Below are positions 11,509-20,370 of a stretch of DNA of 64,000 nucleotides, piece after piece. The notes beneath the pieces are model-generated. The model saw only the letters and a program-made list of their open reading frames with translations, was not told the origin of the DNA and did no database searches. The DNA is from a virus: positions 16,392 to 80,391 of IMG/VR virus record IMGVR_UViG_3300042881_004673; one strand, given 5' to 3'. The position numbers were made by a program, and so were the translations under genes. Position 1 is the stretch's first letter, and every line of letters starts with the position of its first letter.

Positions 11509-12300
11509 ATGGATGTAAATAGATTTAAAATATTGTTAGAATCTAAGTTAGGTAATATTAAAACATTAATATCTGAAGAAAAAAATGATGAAATAATCAA
11601 AATTCAAACAGATTTAGTTAATAAAGGTTATAATATTGGATTGTCTGGACCAAATAACGATGGTATTGATGGTGTTATGGGACCAAAAACAAAATTGGCA
11701 TATAAAAAAGAATTTGGCAAATCATATGGTGATGAGGTAACAAATAAATTAAATAATGACGAGTTAATAGGTAAAACGTCTATTAATGATTATGGTGAAA
11801 TATTGTTTTCTAAAAATAAAACAGCCCCATTACTTATGGTTTATGGTGGAATAAATGTTGGTGGAAAAAAAAGTGGGGTATATATGTGGGATTATGTTAA
11901 TAAATTAAAAGATAAATATACTATATTTGTTGCTAATGACCATAAGGTAAGTGGTCTTAATTCATATAAAAAAGTTTTAGAGTCTTTAAAGGAAAATAAT
12001 ATTACACCATCTTCTAAAATACTTTATTTATTTTCTGGTGGATATAAACCTGGAAAAGAATTACTAAATTCTAACTCAGGTGATTTTAGTGAAATTTTAC
12101 TTGTGGACATTTGGATGGGTGGGTCAGTAGGTAATTTTTATAAGAAATTTGTTAAAGACAATAGTTCAAAAGTTAAATATTATTATACCTCATTTGGATC
12201 TCAAAACGATGACGCTAAAAATTTTATATCCAAAATTGTTTCAAGTGTAAAAAATAGTAATCACATGGAAACAAATACTGATGCGGTTAACAATTTATAA
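11509..12300 (+). CDS. leader + peptidoglycan-binding domain + putative alpha/beta hydrolase-like domain
   Basis: IQTDLVNKGY...DGIDGVMGPKT (PG_binding_1-like); LFSGG elbow-like motif; leader RFKILLES...LISEE. Confidence 0.6.
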   Translation: MDVNRFKILLESKLGNIKTLISEEKNDEIIKIQTDLVNKGYNIGLSGPNNDGIDGVMGPKTKLAYKKEFGKSYGDEVTNKLNNDELIGKTSINDYGEILFSKNKTAPLLMVYGGINVGGKKSGVYMWDYVNKLKDKYTIFVANDHKVSGLNSYKKVLESLKENNITPSSKILYLFSGGYKPGKELLNSNSGDFSEILLVDIWMGGSVGNFYKKFVKDNSSKVKYYYTSFGSQNDDAKNFISKIVSSVKNSNHMETNTDAVNNL

Positions 12301-12307
12301 TAATTAA

Positions 12308-12658
12308 TTACATATTTTTTAAAATCACTTCTAAAGTATAGATGGACTCACGATCTTGTTTAGTTTTAAATTCTTTAGATTTAAGATAGTTTAAACTATC
12401 AACTAATTCATCTCTCTTTGATTTAGGTTTTGTTATTACTTGGACATCCTCATAATCATCATAATCATTGTCATTATCGTCAACTAAATCTTTCATCCAC
12501 GAACTAACATCTAAATCGGCGGTTTTTAATTCGTCGTATAACCAATAATTATTATCTTCAGATTTAGAAGTTATTACATTAGTTATTTCGATGTTCTCAT
12601 CTTCTGGTTTAAGATCAAAGAACTCATAAACTCGGTCATTAATTTTTTTCATTATCAT
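12308..12658 (-). CDS. hypothetical acidic protein
   Basis: Start re-called to ATG 12658, 4 nt after TATATTTG. Confidence 0.7.
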   Translation of the reverse strand: MIMKKINDRVYEFFDLKPEDENIEITNVITSKSEDNNYWLYDELKTADLDVSSWMKDLVDDNDNDYDDYEDVQVITKPKSKRDELVDSLNYLKSKEFKTKQDRESIYTLEVILKNM

Positions 12659-12728
12659 GTTACAAATATACAAATATTTTTTAAATCAACTATTATTTAT
12701 TTAATTTTTTTTAAAGTATTTATATAAT

Positions 12729-15545
12729 ATGAAAGATCTTGTAATACAAATATTAACAGAAGAATCAAAAAAATTAATTTTTGAGTCTGGTATTAGAAAC
12801 ATAAAAGAATTATCTAAACGATATCCTAAGGCAAAAATATATTTTCATCAGGATTTGGATGGAGTGACAACTGCTTTAGGTATGAAAAACTACTTAGAAC
12901 AAAATGGAATTAAAGTGGTTGACTCTGAAATTATCCAATATGGTGATAAGGAATTTGCAATTAAAAAATTAGACGCCGAAGGTGATGTTATGCCGGTGTT
13001 AGTTGACTTTGCTCACGGTAAACCAATGTTTGTTATACATACTGACCATCACGATACGCAAGCTGGTGTAGAACAAGGAACATCAACCAATTTTAAAGCG
13101 TCAAGATCAAACGTTGAGACAATATCTCAAACCGTATCACCAAACGACATTTTTCCATCAGACGATATAACTTTAATTTCTACTGTTGATTCAGCAAACT
13201 ACGCACAATACGATATAACACCCGAAGAGGTAATGAATTATTTGTTTAAGGTAGATAAAGATCAATCATTACAAAAAAACAAAATGGTTATGGGAATGGT
13301 AACCAATAAATTATTATTAGCATTTAAAAACAAACCAAAATTTTTAGAAAATATCGTAATGAATGCAAATCCATCACTATTAAGTATTTTAATGTATATT
13401 AAATCTCAAATTAAAGATAGTGGATATGCTGATGTGGACACATTAGAAAAAAATAAAGAGATGTATGTCCAATCAATGAAGATAAATAAGAATGTTAAAG
13501 TTGATGATGGGATAATAGTTCAATATGGTGGAGGTAGTATGATGAAACCAGGATCATATGATAGATACACACCATTCAGAAATAATCCTGACGCTGACTT
13601 CTTGGTGATTGCTTGGCCCTTAGGGTTGGTACAAGCGTCTTGTAATCCATTTAAGAAAGAAAGAGCACTTAAAGGTGTGAACTTAGGTGAAATTAAAGAT
13701 GAGGTCTTAAACAAGTGGAAATCACAATTACAAAATAAAGACATTCCTTTGTCCACAATTAAATGGATATCTGAATCAGGAAAAAGTTTTAATGAAGAAT
13801 CTGTTGGTTTTACATTTAAAGACTTTAATGCTTTGTATGGAAAAGAATTTAAAAGAATGGATAATGGTGAAAAAATATTAAATGATATTGATGTTGTAAT
13901 GAAAAAACCATTTAGTGAATTGACACAAAACGAAATGAAAATGTTGGACTCAATTAGTGTAAACGCTTGGGATTTAATTAAATCAAATAGTGGTGGACAT
14001 AAATGTATTACCAATATTTCAGGATTGTCTTATTTAGGTAGATCTAAACGACCACCTGAAGGTAAATATAAATATAATTCTGAATCTGATGACTCTCCAT
14101 ATGTTAAATTTACTAAAATGATACAAAATGAATTTGCAAGAATTCTTAAAGAAAAAATTAAAGAAACTAATAATGTTAATGAAAATTACAACTTAATTAG
14201 AAAAAAAGATTTAATTCCAAATCAGATTAATTACAAAAATATAAAAAAAATGTTAATAAAAGAAGAAACATTTGGGGCTACTTGGAAATCACCAATACCA
14301 GGAGATGCTGATTTACTTCATGCGTTTGAAAGACGAAAATCTGACAAACAAGGGGCTCTTATTGGAACCCAAATTGAGGAGAAACTAAAAAAACTTTATG
14401 ATGATGGAATTAACCCTGACATAACTGATTTAAAGTTAAATGTAGATTCTAAAAACTCTACGGTAACGTGGAGCGCAACTATTGGTCCTAGTACTGATGG
14501 TAAAGCATACATGGGAATTTCAACAAGAGGATCTACTGGTGGTAGTTCAGAAAAACGAGCTTTAGATCAAGTAGGTCCTTTAAAACAACAATTAAGTTCA
14601 AAAGGATATCAAGACATAACACCAATCACTTTTGACGGAAAAGACCATTTTGTAAATCCATCTGGTAATAAAATTCACCAATACTTTTTCAAATATACAG
14701 ACCCAAATAAATATCCACCTCACCCAACTAAAGATGGTTTAAATGTTGATAACACTAATACATCTTTAACAACAAACTCATCAGAAAATGATTTATTTGG
14801 TATAAAAGGTATTTTATCCAAAATTAAAGAAAAATTATTCAAAAACAAAACAAACACAAAAAGTAGTGATACAACAAGCAATAATACAACAAGTGGTGAC
14901 ACAACAAGTAATAATACAACCACCACAGATTCCGATTTTAAAACAATAACAAAAAAAGTAATTGCAAATTTTGAAGGAGGATATTGGAATCCATTTTGCC
15001 CGCACCCAACTAGCCGTATGGGTAAATCAACTGAGACTATGTTTGGTTTGGATAGGTATAATGGTAATATTGAAAGCACTGATAAAGGAAAAGAATTTTT
15101 TAAGATTATAGACGATGAAAAAATCGCAGCTGGAGCCACATCTAGTGGTGAAGGTAAAAACATGAAATGGACAAACATGGGTAACTTTTGTAAAAAATGG
15201 AAATGGTTATATAGAGGTGGAGATAAAAAAGAAAAATTAGAAGATCTTGCAACTGAAATTATGGAAAAATACTTTAATAAAAACATGAGTAGTTATATTA
15301 AAGACTCTAAGACCAAAGAAAAAATTATGGGAAATAAAGGATTATTAGTGCATATGTCATACGCAAGTTGGAATGGTCCCGGATTCTTTCAAAAATTCGG
15401 AAGAAAATTAGAAGCCGCGGTAAAAGACGGAAAATCCGACAAAGAATTAATTGATGTTGCCTGTCAATCAAGATTAGACACTGGATTAAACCAAAGTAAA
15501 GTAATAGAGGCCATTAAAAATCCTGATGGGATGAAAACGGCTTAA
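12729..15545 (+). CDS. polyprotein: DHH/DHHA1 phosphoesterase + unknown domain + C-terminal lysozyme-like (GH108-like) domain
   Basis: FHQDLDG, VDFA, HTDHH, SGGH; junctions NVNE and LIKEE; C-terminal NFEGGYWN...ETMFGLD...SWNGPG. Confidence 0.65.
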   Translation: MKDLVIQILTEESKKLIFESGIRNIKELSKRYPKAKIYFHQDLDGVTTALGMKNYLEQNGIKVVDSEIIQYGDKEFAIKKLDAEGDVMPVLVDFAHGKPMFVIHTDHHDTQAGVEQGTSTNFKASRSNVETISQTVSPNDIFPSDDITLISTVDSANYAQYDITPEEVMNYLFKVDKDQSLQKNKMVMGMVTNKLLLAFKNKPKFLENIVMNANPSLLSILMYIKSQIKDSGYADVDTLEKNKEMYVQSMKINKNVKVDDGIIVQYGGGSMMKPGSYDRYTPFRNNPDADFLVIAWPLGLVQASCNPFKKERALKGVNLGEIKDEVLNKWKSQLQNKDIPLSTIKWISESGKSFNEESVGFTFKDFNALYGKEFKRMDNGEKILNDIDVVMKKPFSELTQNEMKMLDSISVNAWDLIKSNSGGHKCITNISGLSYLGRSKRPPEGKYKYNSESDDSPYVKFTKMIQNEFARILKEKIKETNNVNENYNLIRKKDLIPNQINYKNIKKMLIKEETFGATWKSPIPGDADLLHAFERRKSDKQGALIGTQIEEKLKKLYDDGINPDITDLKLNVDSKNSTVTWSATIGPSTDGKAYMGISTRGSTGGSSEKRALDQVGPLKQQLSSKGYQDITPITFDGKDHFVNPSGNKIHQYFFKYTDPNKYPPHPTKDGLNVDNTNTSLTTNSSENDLFGIKGILSKIKEKLFKNKTNTKSSDTTSNNTTSGDTTSNNTTTTDSDFKTITKKVIANFEGGYWNPFCPHPTSRMGKSTETMFGLDRYNGNIESTDKGKEFFKIIDDEKIAAGATSSGEGKNMKWTNMGNFCKKWKWLYRGGDKKEKLEDLATEIMEKYFNKNMSSYIKDSKTKEKIMGNKGLLVHMSYASWNGPGFFQKFGRKLEAAVKDGKSDKELIDVACQSRLDTGLNQSKVIEAIKNPDGMKTA

Positions 15546-15726
15546 ATAACATATTGTGGTTTTTTATGTTACCAAAAAGTTAAGTTTGATTTTAAAATTA
15601 TGTTTAAGTAAATTTATAACTATCTATTATTAAAAAGAATTGTGGTTTTAATTTTATTAGTAGTGTTGTCTTTAGTTTTAATAATTTTAAAAGATCGTAA
15701 AGATTATTTTAAGTATAAAAAAAAAT

Positions 15727-16449
15727 ATGGAGTTATCAAATCTTGTAACGATTGTAATACCTTGTAAAAACGAAAAGGATATTATATTAAAAACGTTGGA
15801 CCTATTAAACTATCAAGTTGATATACATAACGTAAAAGTTGTTGTATGTGACGCATCAAATGATGGGATAACAAAATTAGATCTAATTACAAGGTTAGAG
15901 TATGTGAATAGAACCGACCTGTTTGTCTTACGAGTAATGGATGGTGGACTTCCAGCAATAGCAAGAAACAACGGATTCAAACTTGTTACAACACCATATG
16001 TGTTGTTTATGGATGCTGATGTATTCTTATTAGACCCAAAGGTATTAATAAGATCGGTAATAAAGATAAAAAAACACAATTTAGATCTAGTAACAACAAA
16101 GTTTCGTTCTGATAATGGGAATTATAATTACGTGTATAAGGTATTTGATTTAATACAGACACTCTCCAAGTGGTCAACACCATTCTGCCTTGGTGGATAT
16201 ATGTTAGTTCGTTCAGAAACGTTTAAGTCAATCGGAGGTTTTGATGAAGAGATTAAAGTTGCTGAAGATTATATGCTTTCAAAACAAATTAAACCAAAGA
16301 AATTCGGAAGAATAAACAATATTGTATATACACCACCAAGAAGATTTGAAAACAAAGGTGTGATGTATATGTTAAGACTTATGTTATCATCATTTTTCAA
16401 CAAAAATAACAAAGAATACTTTACAAACGACAAAGGTTATTGGAAATGA
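15727..16449 (+). CDS. GT2 family glycosyltransferase
   Basis: IVIPCKNE, ARNNG, LFMDAD, GGFDE...AED, PRRF. Confidence 0.9.
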   Translation: MELSNLVTIVIPCKNEKDIILKTLDLLNYQVDIHNVKVVVCDASNDGITKLDLITRLEYVNRTDLFVLRVMDGGLPAIARNNGFKLVTTPYVLFMDADVFLLDPKVLIRSVIKIKKHNLDLVTTKFRSDNGNYNYVYKVFDLIQTLSKWSTPFCLGGYMLVRSETFKSIGGFDEEIKVAEDYMLSKQIKPKKFGRINNIVYTPPRRFENKGVMYMLRLMLSSFFNKNNKEYFTNDKGYWK

Positions 16450-17159
16450 AAAAGTGGAGAACAATTATAATGAGTGATTTACATTTAGGCGCCAGACAAT
16501 CACAAACAAATAAGATATTAAGATTCTTAGAAGAGAATGAATCTGAAACACTAATATTAAATGGTGACATTATTGATGGATGGGCATTAAAGGGTGGTGG
16601 TAAATGGAAAAAAGATTGTTCAAAGATATTCAGACGGTTTATGAAACGATCAGAAGATGGAACAAAGGTAGTATATATTAGAGGAAATCACGATGACTTT
16701 TTAAAACCATTTGTTCCGTTCTTATTAAACAACATAGAGATTGTTAGAAAATACACACACATCGGAGCGGACGGAAGAAGTTACTATTGTTTTCATGGAG
16801 ACGTATTGGACTTTGTTATTATGAAAGTAAGATGGTTGGCAGTTCTTGGTGGATGGTCATATGATTTGGTGATAAGATTAAATACATTTTATAACTACAT
16901 AAGAAGAAAGTTTAACTTACCATACCATTCATTGGCAAATGATATTAAACAATCTGTAAAGGGGGCAATCAACTTTGTGTCTGATTTTGAGGAAAACGCA
17001 AAAGGTTTATCAAAACAAAAAGGATTTGATGTTGCGGTATGTGGACACATTCACCAACCTAAGTTAGATGTGGATTATATGAATTCAGGAGACTTCTGTG
17101 AGAACTCCACATGTCTTGTGGAGGATTTTAAAGGTAAGTGGCAAATAATGTATATGTGA
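16446..17159 (+). CDS. calcineurin-like metallophosphoesterase (UDP-2,3-diacylglucosamine hydrolase / LpxH-like)
   Basis: SDLHLG, GDIIDGW, GNHD, HGD, CGHIH, NSGDF. Confidence 0.85.
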   Translation: MKKWRTIIMSDLHLGARQSQTNKILRFLEENESETLILNGDIIDGWALKGGGKWKKDCSKIFRRFMKRSEDGTKVVYIRGNHDDFLKPFVPFLLNNIEIVRKYTHIGADGRSYYCFHGDVLDFVIMKVRWLAVLGGWSYDLVIRLNTFYNYIRRKFNLPYHSLANDIKQSVKGAINFVSDFEENAKGLSKQKGFDVAVCGHIHQPKLDVDYMNSGDFCENSTCLVEDFKGKWQIMYM

Positions 17160-17174
17160 ATACTATTTATCATT

Positions 17175-17651
17175 ATGAACCTACAAGAATCTATAAGAAG
17201 AATATTAAGAGAAGAATTTAATGAAGATAAGAATCTTTATGGTGAGAAATTAAAACCATGTTCAAGAAATCCAATGACAGGGTTTTACAAGGATGGGTAT
17301 TGTAGAACAGGAAATAATGACACAGGAAGTCATACGGTGTGCGCAAAAGTAACAGAAGAGTTTTTAGAGTTTACCAATTCAATGGGGAACAATCTTGATA
17401 TGTTGGAACCTGGTGACAAATGGTGTTTATGTGCAAAAAGATGGGAAGAGGCAAACAAAGAGGGAGTTGCTCCTGAAATGATTAAAAGTTCAACAAACAT
17501 TAAAACATTAAATATAATTGGTGGTATTGAACAAGAACTTGATGAATACGCAAGAACACTTAAAAACGCAAGACAACAGGGGGTTGGGTTAAGATTCCCA
17601 AAGTCGGCAATAAAGGCAAACCCAGCAAGGTTTAGGCCATACAACAGGTAA
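17175..17651 (+). CDS. leader + DUF2237-like domain + basic C-terminal peptide
   Basis: MNLQESIRRILREE then LKPCS..PMTGFYKDGYC...GSHTVCA...PGDKWCLCA.RW. Confidence 0.8.
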   Translation: MNLQESIRRILREEFNEDKNLYGEKLKPCSRNPMTGFYKDGYCRTGNNDTGSHTVCAKVTEEFLEFTNSMGNNLDMLEPGDKWCLCAKRWEEANKEGVAPEMIKSSTNIKTLNIIGGIEQELDEYARTLKNARQQGVGLRFPKSAIKANPARFRPYNR

Positions 17652-17652
17652 T

Positions 17653-17817
17653 ATGAAAAAAATAATAAGATTAACAGAATCAGAACTTATTTCATTAGTT
17701 AAAAGAGTAATGAAAGAAGGTGAACTTACAGAAAAATGTTGGGCAGGATATACTCAAAAAGGTATGAAGACAATGTTTGGTAAGAGATACCCTAACTGTG
17801 TTAAGAAGACAAAGTAA
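17653..17817 (+). CDS. small leader-tagged protein (54 aa) with CWxGY...PNCV motif; not in the ORF track
   Basis: MKKIIRLTESELISLVKRVMKEGELTEKCWAGYTQKGMKTMFGKRYPNCVKKTK*. Confidence 0.8.
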   Translation: MKKIIRLTESELISLVKRVMKEGELTEKCWAGYTQKGMKTMFGKRYPNCVKKTK

Positions 17818-17818
17818 T

Positions 17819-18451
17819 ATGTCATATTTAAATGCAAACCTACCAATAATTAACTGTTTAATTAGAAACGAATTTTTATTTAACCATAAAAAAGGAAATG
17901 GTGAATTTACACCATGTGATGTTCATTCGGTTGCATCGATTCAAGGGAGAACACCTTTATTTGAGGCATTCTTGGAGAACGGAGTAAATTGGACACGAAG
18001 ACCAATACACGCATTTGTATGGAAAGAAGATGCGGAAGTATTAGATTTAACTGAACATATATATTGGGATTGTTTTAGTCCTTACATTGACGTAAAAGTT
18101 AGGGAGAGACTATCAGGTTTAAGAGCCGATTTAATATCAATCACTGGAGTTAAAAGAGTGGGAACATATCTATTCACACTTGATTGGTCTCACGAAAATA
18201 GAAACAATCTTGATTTAGGTTTTTCTGAAACACCTGAACACAAATGTGGTCACGTATTCAAAATGGATAATGGTAATTATTTTATTTATCCCAACAACAG
18301 GATAATTTGGTTTGACAGAGCTTGGACATTTAATAGGATAGATAAGAATCCTGGTTATGAAATAGATTTAAATATATATTCGGTGGAGAATAAAACATAT
18401 CACACTACAGATTATTCATACATGACTGAGTTCGCCAAAGATAACGAATAA
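17819..18451 (+). CDS. conserved phage hypothetical protein
   Basis: Start re-called to MSYLNANLP; WDCFS, YLFTLDW, EHKC, YPNNRI motifs. Confidence 0.75.
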   Translation: MSYLNANLPIINCLIRNEFLFNHKKGNGEFTPCDVHSVASIQGRTPLFEAFLENGVNWTRRPIHAFVWKEDAEVLDLTEHIYWDCFSPYIDVKVRERLSGLRADLISITGVKRVGTYLFTLDWSHENRNNLDLGFSETPEHKCGHVFKMDNGNYFIYPNNRIIWFDRAWTFNRIDKNPGYEIDLNIYSVENKTYHTTDYSYMTEFAKDNE

Positions 18452-18466
18452 AAGACATTTTAAATC

Positions 18467-18498
18467 AATCTTCACTTAAAATGTGAGGATTTTTTTTT
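18467..18498 (+). terminator. intrinsic terminator
   Basis: AATCTTCAC/GTGAGGATT stem + T-run. Confidence 0.7.
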
Positions 18499-18519
18499 AT
18501 CTAAGGTATTTATAATAAT

Positions 18520-19167
18520 ATGAAACACCTAATTAGAAAAATATTAAAAGAGGAGGTAAATAAGAAATACCCAAAACCAACACCAAACGTTGAAAAACTA
18601 ATATATAATTGGTTAAATAACTATTTTTCAGGATCTAAAATGTATCAAACAAAGGACTATGCGTTTAGCTATACTTTTGAATGGTGTAATAATGGTATGG
18701 AAATAGCTCAAGCTATTATAGATTTTAACCATGATCACGATGCTTGGGATGACAAAAGAAAAACAAGTGAACGAAATTTTGAATCAGGAGAATTTTCAAT
18801 ACCTGAAGATATTATAGATGATTTAGAAACTGATATACCGGTAAGAAGAAACTATTTAAGATATATTGTAGAAGAATGGTTTGAAGATACATTGTTAGAA
18901 AAAATCAAAAGTGCATTGGGAAGAAATGATATATCAATAGATGATTTTTCTGAACACCCTAAAAAGTCTCAAGTTTGCGTTCCTCCTGTTTCAAAACCTG
19001 AAGGGGTTACAGATGATGAAATGATTGATTTTATTGTCAAAAATACTTTATTTAGAAGAGATGAGTTAGAAAAAAGAATTGTAGATGAACGTGAATGGTT
19101 GGAAAAATTATATACAGATAAACTGCGTAGCTCAGAAGTGGATAGAGTAAGAGGAAGTAGATGGTAA
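18520..19167 (+). CDS. leader-tagged hypothetical protein
   Basis: MKHLIRKILKEE. Confidence 0.8.
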   Translation: MKHLIRKILKEEVNKKYPKPTPNVEKLIYNWLNNYFSGSKMYQTKDYAFSYTFEWCNNGMEIAQAIIDFNHDHDAWDDKRKTSERNFESGEFSIPEDIIDDLETDIPVRRNYLRYIVEEWFEDTLLEKIKSALGRNDISIDDFSEHPKKSQVCVPPVSKPEGVTDDEMIDFIVKNTLFRRDELEKRIVDEREWLEKLYTDKLRSSEVDRVRGSRW

Positions 19168-19613
19168 TGAGAAAACTTATTAAACACATATTAAAAGAAG
19201 AAGTATCTAAACAACAAATAGATAAGGGTATTGATATTGTTATTAACGGATTAAAAAAAGAATTTCCATTTGTTGTTGGTTGGAAATTACATGACAATTA
19301 TGATGAATATATAACAAGCATTTATATTGATTTGGTTGTTGAATATGAAAAAGTAAAAGAGTTCTATGGTTTAAAACCTAAAATGACGTATAGCCTTGAA
19401 TATATTAAAAACAGACAAGTGGCATATGTCCTTACTCCATTTAAATATGAAGGCAATTTTGACCCATATATAGAGTCTCAAAAATTAAGTGAATATGTAT
19501 TTGAAATGTATGAATATATACCTGAAGAATTAAAGTTAGAAGAAAAGGATACGTATGGTTCTTCAAGGACTAACTATAAAGCATTAAAAGTTGATGATTT
19601 TATTTTTGTTTAA
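19167..19613 (+). CDS. leader-tagged hypothetical protein
   Basis: MRKLIKHILKEE; TAATG coupling. Confidence 0.8.
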   Translation: MRKLIKHILKEEVSKQQIDKGIDIVINGLKKEFPFVVGWKLHDNYDEYITSIYIDLVVEYEKVKEFYGLKPKMTYSLEYIKNRQVAYVLTPFKYEGNFDPYIESQKLSEYVFEMYEYIPEELKLEEKDTYGSSRTNYKALKVDDFIFV

Positions 19614-19936
19614 TGAGAGGACTAATTAGATACATATTGAAAGAAGAAACAGAAGAAATTGACCAAAAGGTTATGAATTTTCTTGTGCGAAGATATGAAG
19701 TTAAAGAAATAAATATTGACGACAATATTAGACTTAAAAGGATTCATTTCAAAGTAGATGATGATTATTATAATATTGGAACTTTTGATAATAAAAAAAG
19801 ACAAGTAAGATTGATTTTAAATATGTTAGAAGATAATAATGTTACAGAACCAATTGATAATTTTTCAAATGAAAACAATCCATATAGACAAAAAGTTATT
19901 AGAACAATTAAAAAGTTTTTATCCCAAGTAATGTAA
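19613..19936 (+). CDS. leader-tagged hypothetical protein
   Basis: MRGLIRYILKEE; TAATG coupling. Confidence 0.8.
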   Translation: MRGLIRYILKEETEEIDQKVMNFLVRRYEVKEINIDDNIRLKRIHFKVDDDYYNIGTFDNKKRQVRLILNMLEDNNVTEPIDNFSNENNPYRQKVIRTIKKFLSQVM

Positions 19937-20370
19937 TGAAAGAGTTAATTAGACACATATTAAAAGAAGAAGAAAATGAAAACCTAAAAGAAAGGTTTGT
20001 TAGATCCGCCCAATCCATTCCTTATATTATCCAAAGTAATGTAGATTCAAATCTTTTTACAGAAATTGAAATTGGAAGTATTAATTATAATAACAATCAT
20101 AACAGCATTGATGGTGAATTGTTAATAACATCTTGGTGTGATGATCCTGACCTTTTTTCGTTTACAAACCAACTGAAATTAGTTGATAAAGAATTGGACA
20201 CAGTTTTACTTAATTATTCATTTACAAGTAACGGTTCTTTTGGGAAAAAGAAAGGTAAATATAATAACTTGATGTGTTGGTTTATTGGTTGTGAATGGAG
20301 TGCTGAAGGTGATTATACAATGAAGATGAAATACCATTTTACGCAAGAAGAATATGATGATGGTGAATAA
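19936..20370 (+). CDS. leader-tagged hypothetical protein
   Basis: MKELIRHILKEE; TAATG coupling. Confidence 0.8.
   Translation: MKELIRHILKEEENENLKERFVRSAQSIPYIIQSNVDSNLFTEIEIGSINYNNNHNSIDGELLITSWCDDPDLFSFTNQLKLVDKELDTVLLNYSFTSNGSFGKKKGKYNNLMCWFIGCEWSAEGDYTMKMKYHFTQEEYDDGE

Noticed and set aside
13520-17644. Minus-strand ORFs 13520, 14720, 15813 and 17330
   Set aside because: They lie entirely antisense to motif-bearing genes and have no promoter motif of either class.
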